The translations under genes and the position numbers were made by a program. A DNA stretch of 64,000 bases, from the NCBI RefSeq assembly GCF_009914755.1, contig NC_060929.1; one strand, written 5' to 3'. A model generated the notes under the pieces. The model saw nothing but the letters and a program-made list of their open reading frames with translations, did no database searches and was not told the DNA's origin. This DNA comes from the human T2T-CHM13v2.0 reference genome, Homo sapiens. Of this stretch, positions 28,204 to 39,091 are shown piece after piece; the stretch's first letter is position 1, and every line of letters starts with the position of its first letter.

Positions 28204-28622
28204 TTGTAAGATGTAACCTCATGTACCCTAGGTAAAAAGTACACGGGGCCAGGCACGGTGGCTCACACCAGTAATCCCAGCACTCTGGGAGGCTGAGGTG
28301 GGAGGATCACTTGAGGTCAGGAGTTCGAGACCAGCCTGGACAACATGGTGAAACCCTGTCTCTATTAAAAATACAAAAATTAGCTGGGCATGGTGGCAGG
28401 TGCCTGTAATCACAGCTACATGGGAGGTGGAGGCAGGAGAATCATTGAACCTGGGAGGTGAAGGCTGTAGTGAGCCAAGATCACGCCACTGCACTCCAGC
28501 CTGGGCAACAAGAGTAAAACTCCGTCTCAAAAAACAAAGTACATGGGATCTCTCTGCATTATTTGTTACCATTGTGTATGAATCTATAACTATCTTAAAA
28601 TCAAAAGTTTAATTTAAAAAAG
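28204..28622 (+). mobile_element. L1MC1/2-type extreme 3' end (~110 nt), split by an Alu
   Basis: GTAAGATGTAACC...GTACATGGGATCTCTCTGCATTATTTGTTAC...ATCTTAAAATCAAAAGTTTAATTTAAAAA. Confidence 0.75.
28247..28535 (+). mobile_element. Alu (AluSq-like)
   Basis: CAACAAGAGTAAAACTCC 3' end; TSD AAAGTACA(C/T)GG. Confidence 0.96.
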
Positions 28623-28721
28623 TAAAGGAATTGAGGCATTTGTGACCATTGAAGTGCCTCTACTGAGAGAGAACATTTCATCCTAGGGTAATCCACAATA
28701 GTAACCTAAAAGTTAGGAGTG

Positions 28722-29158
28722 CATATTCATTTCCTGTGGCTGCTCTAACAAACGACCACAAATTTGGTAACTTGAAACAACAAATTTTTTTTTCTAGAAC
28801 AGTTCTGGAGGCCGGAAGTCTGAAAGCAGTATCAGTAGGTGGAAATCAGGGTGCCCAGCTTCTGGTGGCTGTGACATTCCTTGGCTTAAGGTAACATCAC
28901 TCCAATTGTCAAACCTCTTTCTGCTTCATCTGTCTATTACCTTCTCGTCTGCACGTATGTGAATTCTCCCTCGGCCCCTCTCTTATAAAAATACTGATAG
29001 CATTTAGGACCCACATGGTAATCCAGAATAGTTTTCCTTTCTCAAATTCCTTAATTGAATCACAGCTGTAACAGCTGTATTTCCAAATAGGGTAACATTT
29101 ACAGGTTCTAGAAATTAGAACCTGACATCTTTGGGCAGTCATTATTCTGCTTACCACA
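28722..29158 (-). mobile_element. MLT1 (MaLR) LTR, MLT1C-like
   Basis: TTTCCTGTGGCTGCTCTAACAAACGACCACAAA...CAGTTCTGGAGGCCGGAAGTCTGAAA...ATTATTCTGCTTACCACA. Confidence 0.85.
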
Positions 29159-29264
29159 GTGTGCTAAGCAGTCCACTGTGCAAATGTGGTGTAATTTATT
29201 TAATAAATCTACACTTGGGGTGTTTTGTTTTCTTTACTATAAACATGAACAAGGATACTTTTGC

Positions 29265-30010
29265 ATTAACAAATAGTTTTGGAATATCTATGCTGTGTCA
29301 GCTTCTCTTTTAGGCACTAGGGATAAAGCAGTGAAGAAAACAGACAAAAATCCCTCCCTTATGGAGATCATCTTCTAGTAGGAGAAGGCAGATATCGACA
29401 ATAAATGAATGAGTAAAATATACAGAATATTAGTTAGTGATCATTGTCATGCAGGAAAATGAAGCAAGGAAGGGGGATATGAAATACAAGGGAGTTGCAT
29501 GTTGCAATTTTATTTTTTGAAATGGGGTGGCACTCTGTTGTCCAGGCTCAAGTGCAGTGGTATGATCATGGCTCACTGCAGCCTCTAACTCCTGGGCTCA
29601 AGGGTCCTCCCACATCAGCTTCCCAAGTAGCTGGCACTACAGGTTCATGCCACCACACCCAGCTAATTTGTTTGTTTGTTTTTGTAGAGACAGGGTCTCC
29701 CTATGTTGCCTAGTCTGGTCTCAAACTCTTAGGCTCAAGAAATCCTCCCACCTTGGCCTCCCAAAGTGTTGGGATTACAGGTGTCAGCCACCCAGCCTGT
29801 GCTGCAGTTTTAAATGCGGGATCAGGAAGACCACAGTGAAAGGGTGAAAAATGAGCAAAGGCCTCAGTGGGATGGGAGATCAAGCCCTCTTTATTTACCT
29901 GGAGGCAGAGCAGTGTGGACAGAGCAGTTTCAAGTGCCAAGCTCAGAAGAACAGCACAGAGTCTGGGCGCCTGGAACAGAGTGAGAGGAAGAGTAGTAGG
30001 GACTGAGATA
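29265..30010 (-). mobile_element. L2 fragment split by an AluJ
   Basis: TAGGCACTAGGGATAAAGCAGTGAAGAAAACAGACAAAAATCCCT...; the L2 resumes after 29797. Confidence 0.8.
29513..29797 (-). mobile_element. AluJ
   Basis: GATCATGGCTCACTGCAGCCTC, GGGCTCAAG, GAGACAGGGTCTC; TSD-like TGTTGCAATTTTA and TGCTGCAGTTTTA. Confidence 0.93.
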
Positions 30011-30297
30011 TATCTCTTAGAACCCTTCTCTACTTATTTTTAGATAGGATTAATACAACGATTACTAATTTGTGAGTGTTTCCTTTCTGTACCTCCGCAA
30101 TAGTTTTGGTCTCTCCTCCACCTCCTCTACCTTTTAGGAAGATGCATTCTTGGTCCAAGGCGGGAGAGCCTGGGTCGGAAAGGAGGAATACTTTGACAAA
30201 GAATGTTTGAGGATCACAGCTACCACGTATAGGGATAGTGACTTGTGGGAGAGGGTGAAAAGGGGCCTAACATGGTATGTAATTCTGTGAGCCCATC

Positions 30298-30650
30298 AGA
30301 TAGGGTTTGGACTTGCGTCCCCACCCAAATCTCCTGTTGAGTTGGAGGAGGGGCCAAGTAGGAGGTGATTGGATCATGGGGGCAGGCTTCTGCCTGGCTG
30401 TTCTTGTGATAGTGAGTTTTCACAAGATCTGATGGTTTAAAAGTGTGTGACACTCCCCTCCTTGTCTCTTTCTCTCTCTCCTGCCACCATGTGAAGAAGG
30501 TGCTTGCGTCCCCCACGCCTTCTGCCATAAGTTTCCTGAGGCCTTCAGTCATACTTCCTGTTAAGCCTGCAGTACTGTTAAACCTCTTTCCTTCATAAAT
30601 TACCCAGTCTCAGGTAGTTCTTTATAGCAGTGTGAGAACAAACGAATACA
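30298..30650 (+). mobile_element. THE1D-like solo LTR
   Basis: GGTTTGG...CCCCACCCAAATCTC...AAATTACCCAGTCTCAGGTAGTTCTTTATAGCAGTGTGAGAAC...AATACA; perfect 5-bp TSD CCATC. Confidence 0.93.
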
Positions 30651-30784
30651 CCATCCTTTCCATGGGAAAGTGCTTGAGTTATTCTGAAATTATTTTGAAC
30701 TATGAATTTGCTTCAAGTTACATGAACTGTATATTCCAAGACACCATTTGGGGACTGAGCTTCATGAGTCATGGTGTTTGTTCA

Positions 30785-31830
30785 GGATAAATTCTGACAA
30801 GCAAAATTGCTGAGCCAAAAGGAATACTTTCCATTTTGATACACAGTATCAGATTTCCCAGAAAGGTGATATCATATTACATGCCCAGCAACAACTTGCT
30901 CCCCACAAGCTCACCCCACTGAGCATTAACTCTCTTTTTGTCTTTGTATGTTATGGGAAAAATGATTTCTCAACAATATATGATAAATCTGCATCTTGGC
31001 AACATGAGGGCAAAGGTCTTTTTCTATGCTTGTTTGCTATTTGTATTTCCTCTTTGGTGAACTGTTTGTTCATATCCTTTGCCTTTTTTCTATTGGACTA
31101 TGCATCTTTCCTTATTGGATTTGCTAGAGACTTTTATATTTTCAGGATATTTCACTTTTGTCTGTAAAATACTGCAAGTAGACTTCCCAGTATAACAGGG
31201 GTTCTTGAATGTATGCAACAGAAAATAACTGGCTCCTTCCAGCAGAAAATGAATGTATTGAAATGATATTTGGTAGATCACAGAATCACTGGAAAAGCTA
31301 GAATTCTAGACTTTGAAAATAGAGCAGCACCAAAGGAAGCAGGGCCAACCACAAGCCCAAACAACACTGTAGGAACTGTCTGATGAGGACCCCACCAATA
31401 CTGACACTGGATGCTGAAAGCCACTCCTGGCACCTCTGCCCACCTGGTCTTGGAGATTCGATGCTGATGCCACAAAAGTGGACTCTCTTCTGTCTTGATT
31501 CAAAGTCCTGGGCCAGAGTGTCTGATTGGTTGAGCCTCCATCACAGCCTGCATCCCCATTGCAAAGAGCGGGAACAGAGAGAGTGACTTTCAGAACTGTT
31601 CATCTCCAGTGTTGGAGAGTGGACCTTGCTCTTCATCCAGAGTCACACAGTGGAGAACTCCCCATATGTAAAAGGGGAAGCAGAGGCGAGGCAGAAACTG
31701 ACAGAGACTGAGAGCCCTATACTCAGCTTGTTTAAATTTAAATTTTGTTTACAGTGCTTTTAGCTTCACAGAGAATTAAATTTTCTGGGTGAGTATATGA
31801 AAATATTTCCTTTATGATCTCAGATCTTAA
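30785..31830 (-). mobile_element. Ancient L1 fragment (L1ME/L1M) split by an LTR
   Basis: ATTTGTATTTCCTCTTTGGTGAACTGTTTGTTCATATCCTTTGCC. Confidence 0.7.
31190..31722 (-). mobile_element. Old MLT1 LTR (K/L/M-type)
   Basis: TGCAACAGAAAATAACTGGCT...TCACAGAATC...GTGTCTGATTGGTTGAGCCT. Confidence 0.6.
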
Positions 31831-33161
31831 CAGCTCTGCTGTCTGCATACCCTCTCCCACCTTCCTGAATTCTCCCAGCTGAACCAAGTAGGCCTGCATT
31901 TTTTCTTTTTAAGGATAGTCTGAGCTTGTATCAAGGGCTTTGCAGACTATCCTTTGAGTTTTAAGGCAGCTCTGGTACCCCAGACCTTCCTCTCATGTCA
32001 GAAATGTCCTTGACCCTCAGACATGGGCTCTGGAGGCTAATTATCTCAGGTGGTGGCCTGTCACCTTCTAGGCTGGAAATCTACCACCTCTGAAAATGTT
32101 TAATTTTCAGTCTTTTAGACAGGGGACTTTTTCTGACCTGTTCATCAAAGTGTGTTTTCATGACTAAGGAGTCCCCTAACTCTCCTACTGCTATAGGTAT
32201 ATTTTATTACTCAGTTAATTTCGACTGGCCTCGTATCATGGGATACTTGACATTTCAATACCTTAGGCATTAAATTGAAAAACACCTAATTGATCATTTT
32301 CATACAGTAAGTTTAAGTTTCCCTTTCCTACTCAAAAGAATGCAGCGTAGTCTTAGGGACACTTGAATATTTTCTACTGGTCTTTGAGGGGCTCAGTCAC
32401 CTTTGCTCTCTTTGTCTACATGGTTAGAAACCTGTCTGTACATGTTGAGCAGACTGGTATGCTTATCACATGCTAGAGAAGTTTCTGGAGGGTTCTCTGC
32501 CTGTTCTGTATATTTCAAGAAAGCCCCAATGCTGGTTCCCCATCCATGGCCCTCCTCCAGACTCAGTTGTGGAAGGGGGATGGGGAATGAAGCAGGTATG
32601 AAAACAATGGGGCCACACTCTTCTACAGCCAGGATACTCCTTGCAGAGAGAAGGCCCAGCATGGCATCATCAGGAATGGAGCCTAGGCCCTGGCACTCAC
32701 AGGTGTCCTGGAGGAGTTGGAGCCCAGATATGGGACATCCAGTGTAGGCAAGCAAGAAGCTTGGAGACCAAAGTCCCTGTGGGTGATGGAGGGAAACTTA
32801 CCAGAGAGATAGCATCTGGAATGTTTGGAGACTGGCATTAGGTGGCAGCCCAAGGAGGAGTCCAGGGCAGAGAGGCTGAAAATTGGAGGAAGGGGGAAGG
32901 CTCCTGGTCTAGGGCTCAGGGGCAGGGCTCCTGCCCCTGGGAGGTCTGCAGTGAGGACCTGTGGCCCCAAGCATCACCATAAGCAATCAGGCAGACAAAA
33001 TGAGTCAAAGATGTGATCTTTAGAATGGGAGAACAAGCTGGGGCTGAGACAGAATTGCCTACGTTCAAATCCCCATTCTATCACTTATCACCTATGTAAC
33101 TTTGGTCAAGTAACAGACTTTCTGTGCTGCAGTTTCCTCATCTGTAAAATGAGAATAAATT

Positions 33162-34018
33162 CCTGTAATCCCAGCACTTTGGAAGGCTGAGGCAGGCAGA
33201 TCACTTGACTCCAGGAGTTCGAGACCAGCCTGGGCAACATGGCAAAATCCCGTCTCTACAAAAAATACAAAAACTAGCCAGGCATGGTGGCACGTGCCTG
33301 TAATCCCAGCCACTGTGTCCGGAATTGGTGGGTTCTTGGTCTCACTGACTTCAAGAATGAAGCCGCGGACCCTCGCAGTGAGTGTTACAGCTCTTAAGGT
33401 GGCGCGTCTGGAGTTTGGTCCTTCTGATGTTCGAATGTGTTCGGAGTTTCTCCCTTCTGGTGGGTTCGTGGTCTCGCTGGCTCAGGAGTGAAGCTACAGA
33501 CCTTCCCGGTGAGTGTTACAGCTCTTAAGGTGGCGCGTCTGGAGTTGTTCCTTCCTCCTGGTGGGCTCGTGGTCTCACTGGCTTCAGGAGTGAAGCTGCA
33601 GACCTTCGCGGTGAGTGTTACAGCTCATAAAAGCAGCGTGGACCCAAAGAGTGAGCAGTAGCAAGATTTATCGCAAAGAGCGAAAGAACAAAGCCTCCAC
33701 AGTGTGGAAGCCCACGCCCACCCGGAACTCCAGCTGGCCCGCAAGCAACGCGCGCAGCCCCGGTTCCCGCTCGCGCCTCTCCCTCCACACCTCCCTGCAA
33801 GCTGAGGCAGCCGGCTATGGCCTTGGCCAGCCCAGAAAGGGGCTCCCACAGTGCAGCAGTGGGCTGAAGGGCTCCCACTTTGGCGGCGCTACTCGGGAGG
33901 CTGAGGTGGGAGGATTGCTTGAGCCTGAGAGGTCAAGGCTGCAGTGAACCATGATTATGCCATTGCACTCTAGCCTGGGTGACAGAGTGAGACTCTGTCT
34001 CAAAAAAAAAAAAAAAAA
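33162..34018 (+). mobile_element. AluJb (5'-clipped) split by LTR12C (pieces 33162-33313 and 33888-34018)
   Basis: ...TAATCCCAGCCAC | GCTACTCGGGAGGCTGAGGTGGGAGGATTGCTTGAGCC; TSD GAGAATAA at 33151 and 34027. Confidence 0.93.
33314..33875 (-). mobile_element. LTR12C (HERV9) LTR, internally deleted, 5' end rearranged
   Basis: TGTGTCCGGAATTGGTGGGTTCTTGGTCTC terminus; U5 repeats; jumps to U3 at 33710/33711. Confidence 0.95.
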
Positions 34019-34148
34019 GAGAGAGAGAGAATAATAACAAAGCCTACCTCATAGGAATTTTTTTTTTTCTTTGTGACAGAGTCTTGCCTTGTTGCCAGGC
34101 TGGAGTGTAGTGGCGCAATCTCGGCTCACTGCAACTTCCACCTCCTGG

Positions 34149-35417
34149 TGAGAGGGGACAGCGTACTGGCAGTCCTCACAGCCCTCGCTTGCTCTCGGTG
34201 CCTCCTCTGCCTGGGCTCCCACTTTGGTGGCACTTGAGGAGCCCTTCAGCCCACCGCTGCACTGTGGGAGCCCCTTTCTGGGCTGGCCAAGGCCGGAGCC
34301 CACTCCCTCAGCTTGCAGGGAGGTGTGGAGGGAGAGGCGCGAGCGGGAACCGGGGCTGCCTACGGTGCTTGTGGGCCAGCTGGAGTTCCGGGTGGGCGTG
34401 GGCTTGGCGGGCCCTGCACTCGGAGCAGCGGGGCGGCTCTGCCTGCCCCGGGCAGTGAGAGACTTAGCACCCGGGCCAGCGGCTGCGGAGGGTGTACTGG
34501 GTCCCCCAGCAGTGCCAGCCCACCGACGCTGCGCTCGATTTCTCACCGGGCCTTAGCTGCCTTCCTGCTGGGCAGGGCTGGGGACCTGCAGCCTGCCATG
34601 CCTGAGCCTCCCACCCCCTCCATGGGCTCCTGTGCGGCCGGAGCCTCCCCAACGAGTGCCACCCCACGGTGCCCAGTCCCATCGACCACCCAAGGGCTGA
34701 GGAGTGCAAGCCTGGCATGGGACTGGCAGGCAGCTCCACCTGCAGCCCTGGTGCGGGATCCACTGGGTGAAGCCAGCTGGGCTCCTGAGTCTGGTGGGGA
34801 GGTGGAGAACCTTTATGTCTAGCTCAGGGATTGTAAATACACCAATTGGCACTCTGTATCTAGCTCAAGGTTTGTAAACACACCAATCAGCACCCTGTGT
34901 CTAGCTCAGGGTTTGTGAATGCACCAATGGACACTCTGTATGTAGCTGCTCTGATGGGGACGTGGAGAACCTTTATGTCTAGCTCAGGGATTGTAAATGC
35001 ACCAATCAGTGCCCTGTCAAAACAGACCACTGGGCTCTACCAATCAGCAGGAAGTGGGTGGGGCCAGATAAGAGAATAAAAGCAGGCTGCCCGAGCCAGC
35101 AGTGGCAACCTGCTGGGGTTCCCTTCCATAGTGTGGTAGCTTTGTTCTTTCATTCTTTGCAATAAATCTTGCTGCTGCTCACTCTTTGGGTCCACACTGC
35201 TTTTATGAGCTGTAACACTCACCGGGAAGGTCTGCAGCTTCACTCCTGAGCCAGCAAGACCACGAACCCACCATAATGAAGAAACTCCCAACACATTCAA
35301 ACATCAGAAGGACCAAACTCCAGACGCGCCACCTTAAGAGCTGTAACACTCACTGCGAGGGTCCGCGGCTTCATTCTTGAAGTCGGTGAGACCAAGAACC
35401 CACCAATTCCGGACACA
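34149..35417 (+). mobile_element. LTR12C solo LTR, both termini intact (1269 bp)
   Basis: TGAGAGGGGACAGCGTACTGGCAG...CCAATTCCGGACACA; perfect 4-bp TSD CTGG at 34145-34148 and 35418-35421. Confidence 0.97.
34820..35110 (+). promoter_or_regulatory. LTR12C U3 enhancer/promoter
   Basis: About 41-bp repeats carrying CCAAT (NF-Y) motifs; CCAATCAG near 35040; GT box GGGTGGGG; AGATAA; TATA-like GAATAAAA near 35075; LTR AATAAA at 35161. Confidence 0.75.
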
Positions 35418-36309
35418 CTGGGTTCAAGCGATTCTCATGCCTCAGCCTCCCGAGTAGCTGAGATTACAGGCATGAGTCACAACCCCCAGCTGTTTTTTTT
35501 TTTTTTTTTTTTTTTTTTTTGGTAGAGACTGGGTTTCACCATGTTGGCCAGAATGGTCTTGATCTCCTGACCTCGTGATCGGCTTGCCTCAGCCTCCCAA
35601 AGTGCTGGGATTACAGGCGTGAGCCACCACTCCCGGCCAGGATTGTTATGAGAAGCAAATTAAATAATATATGTAAAGCGCTTAGAAAAGAGTAGGTGTT
35701 AAAAAAGTTATTATTAGTCAATATTATTATTAGCACAACTGAGATAATCAAAGCAGAAGAAGCCTTAAGGCGGTCTTGATGTGGAATCACCAAAGTGGTT
35801 TAGTTATTCTTCAGTTCCCTCTAAATAAGGACAAGATTGGTCACAGATCTGGGGTAAGGATAAACTACAGACAGGGCTCAAGTGGTAGAAGAGAGCTGCA
35901 GAGGCAAGGAGCCAGGAAAATTCTTGCAAATGTAGTTGGGAGAATCACATTTTATTTTCTGGCAACTCTGACACATAGTCATTGTGCCCTATGGCCTATC
36001 CAGAATCTTTGGGCTCCCTGGGGCTAGTGCTAGAGATGTGAGTCATGAGAGAGAAGAGTCTGGAAGGCCCTCTGCCACCCTGGGGCCTCTGCCGTAGGCT
36101 GGCTCCTCTAAATCTCCAGGGTGAGCAGTGGCCACGAGAGAGAGCACGCACCTCTGGCCTCATGCCAGCCCTCTTCATGGACCTGCTGATCACAAGTGCA
36201 GCTGGAGTGTGAGGCATCAAAATACATACCCTATTTCACAAGTCATGCCCTCATCAATCCCTCTTGCACACATTAAGACAAAAACATGGCATTAAAAATA
36301 GTTATTTAC

Positions 36310-36533
36310 TGATAAGAACTTATGAACATAAAGAAGGAAACAGCAGACACTCAGATCTACCTGAGGGTGGAGGCTGGGAGGAGAGAGAGGAGCAGAAAAG
36401 ATAGCTATTAGGTACTAAGCTGAATACCTAGGTGATGAAATAATCTGTACAACAAACTCCCGTGACATGAGATTATCTATGTAACAAACCTTCACGTGTA
36501 CCCTCGAGCCTAAAATAAAAGTTAAAAAAAAAA
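36310..36533 (+). mobile_element. L1PA15-like 3' end (5'-truncated)
   Basis: GAGGAGCAGAAAAGATAGCTATT...GGTGATGAAATAATCTGTACAACAAAC...CCTAAAATAAAAGTTAAAAAA. Confidence 0.88.
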
Positions 36534-36542
36534 TTTACCATC

Positions 36543-36817
36543 ATAATAATGGCTACCATCATTGGCAGTTTAATCATGTGCCAAGGTACCATGTACTATG
36601 TACGTAGCTAAGCGCTAAATATCGATTGCTTTTATTGCTCAGTTAATTTCAATTACTTCAGTTGGTCTTCACAACCTTAAGAGGTAAGTTACTGTTTCAG
36701 CTTTGCAGATGAGGACACAGGCTCAGGAGGGTTGAATAACTTGACCACGGTCAAATGGCCAGTAAATGGTAGAGCCAGAATCCAACTCAGGTAGTTCAGT
36801 ATGGAGCCTGAGCTTTT
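36543..36817 (-). mobile_element. MIR
   Basis: TTTGCAGATGAGGACACAGGCTCAG...AACTTGACCACGGTCAAATGGCCAGTAAATGGTAGAGCCAG. Confidence 0.8.
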
Positions 36818-37709
36818 AAGAGGAGGGGAGGAAAATGCTTTGGAGTAACGTTTCTAAATGAAATACTGCATTTTTGACAGCAGACAGTACTGTCTGCTGC
36901 CTTCCTTGGTGAGCTAACACCAACTTGAAACAATTGCTCCCTCCCCAGGCAGCATCTGCTTTGGTTCTCCAAGGAAATTGATTCACTCTGTGGAGACTCT
37001 CTTTGGGAGAGGCCAAAGTTCCTTACAGCTTCTGGGATCACAAAACCCTTTTCAACAAGATCCCTTAGGCCCAGGCTCCTAAAAACTGTGTAATAAATTT
37101 ACCATCAAAACAATCTCACTTGATCCCTCTGAGACCATCATGCTACAAACAAAGGTAAGATGATATTCCTATAAATATTTCTCCTGTGAAATCATTAGAG
37201 TTTTTTCCCCTCCTATGCTAAACTGTATTCTTCAAATTTAATATAATTTCATAGTTCCCCTAAATCATTCATGGGTATATATACAACATTCAACTGTTCT
37301 ACATCCTGTCATTTGAATAAGAATGATTATTAAAGTTTAGGCTGATTCTAAAATGCAAAAGCATTTTACTGTTTTTCATATTAAAAATGCCATAATGAAA
37401 TATTTTTAAATGTTATAGCAATTATCTTTTCACCGCACAAACCTGCATTGTCAACTATGCCACATTAAAATGTTAAATCACTACTTTAATATCAATTTAT
37501 AGAAGGAGAGAGAGAAAAACCGCTAAAATTCATCTTCTGTGTGGTGGGTTTCTCCACATCTTAGTACATGTGGTCTGTCATGGTTGAGACGTGCTGTCTT
37601 ACACAGGAAACACCACAGATTTTAGAGGTCTTAGACTTGAAATAACAGGGAAGTCCAGGGATTGTGTATTTCTTCCTCATGTAAAAAAAAAAAAAAAAAA
37701 AAAATTAGG

Positions 37710-38007
<298 letters not shown>

Positions 38008-38625
38008 TTAGGTTAATCAGCTATTTTTCTGGGTTCCCAGACCCAAACCTGCAGGACATTAATGGGATGCAAGCAAACCTGAGCAGCTGGGCTTGCAAAA
38101 ATAAAATTACTTTCAGAAGCCATAATGCAGGTTGTATGCTTTGGGCATCAGTAGTGTGGTCTCCTCTATTCCTGCTAGGCCAGCTGCATTGAGCTCTCAG
38201 TGACGGAGGTAATGGTAGAACATTAGGGCAGTTCTTGTTGCCCTGGACAAGTGTTAATGAGGAAGAGGCATGGATATGAGAGATACCACATTCAGGCTCT
38301 TATCTCTCAATGAATCATGCACAGTTCTCACAATATTATCTATTAAACTCAGCTGAATGTCTTAGTCACACTGAATATAATCATTACACAGAGGACTTTG
38401 ACCTGTCCCATTAGGTGATTAAAAAACAAAAAGTACATTTTTAATAGATTTCATAAAGACCCAATTGTATATGACTCTCTGGCTGCTTAAGAGAAGCTAT
38501 TAAATGAAGTCCACATTGGGTCAGTACCTCACTTTTAAGCCCTTGAAATCACATGGTCTTATTATCTATGAAGTTTTCAAAAATGAGCTTGTTAACATCA
38601 AAACTGAAAATCCGCTAAATAGTAC

Positions 38626-39025
38626 TCCTATAGTTTGGATATTTGTCTCCCCAAACCTCATGTCAAAATTTGATCCCCAGTGTTGGAGGTGGAGCTGCAT
38701 GGGAGGTGCGTTTGGGTCATGGGGTGGATCCTGCTTGAATGGCTTGGTGCCATCTTCACAGCAATGAGTTCTCATTCAATTCATTCCCACAAGAGCTGGT
38801 TGTTAAAAAGAGCCTGGCACCTCCCCTCCCCTGCTTCCTCTCTCACCGCTTGATCTCTGCACATACCAGCTCTGCTGTGCCTTCTGCCATGAGTGGAAGC
38901 AGCCTGAGGCCCTCACCAGATGCCCAGTCTTCCAGCCAGCAGAACCGTAACCAAATAAACCTCTTTTCTTTATAAATTACACAGTCTCAGACATTCCTTT
39001 ATAGTAATACAAATGGACTAAGACC
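38626..39025 (+). mobile_element. MSTB-like solo LTR
   Basis: CTATAGTTTGGATATTTGTC...GAGCTGGTTGTTAAAAAGAGCCTGGCACCTCCCC...GGACTAAGAC; perfect TSD AGTAC. Confidence 0.93.
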
Positions 39026-39057
39026 AGTACCAACAGGTTATGTTATAAACAAATTGC

Positions 39058-39091
39058 ATTGCTTCTCAGCCTTTTGGCTAAGATCAAGTGT
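39058..39091 (+). pseudogene. RNU2: U2 snRNA 5' fragment retropseudogene (tailless)
   Basis: ATTGCTTCTCAGCCTTTTGGCTAAGATCAAGTGT equals U2 nt 1-34 with two CpG transitions; TSD TAAACAAATT(G/T)C at 39046-39057 and 39093-39104. Confidence 0.93.

Larger units (their letters stand above)
34058..35638 (-). mobile_element. AluSc-like split by LTR12C (pieces 34058-34148 and 35418-35638)
   Basis: GTTGCCAGGCTGG and GATCTCCTGACCTCGTGATC diagnostics; linker expanded to T28 at 35493-35520. Confidence 0.93.
33045..35730 (+). mobile_element. Single MIR in three pieces (33045-33160, 34027-34056, 35639-35730)
   Basis: ...CAGTTTCCTCATCTGTAAAATGAGAATAA | TAACAAAGCCTACCTCATAGGA | TTGTTATGAGAAGCAAATTAAATAATATATGTAAAGCGCTTAG is collinear with the MIR consensus. 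Confidence 0.88.

Noticed and set aside
33294-35300. Cluster of long overlapping ORFs (up to 169 aa)
   Set aside because: All lie in GC-rich LTR12C or Alu sequence, where stop codons are scarce; no protein family is recognisable.
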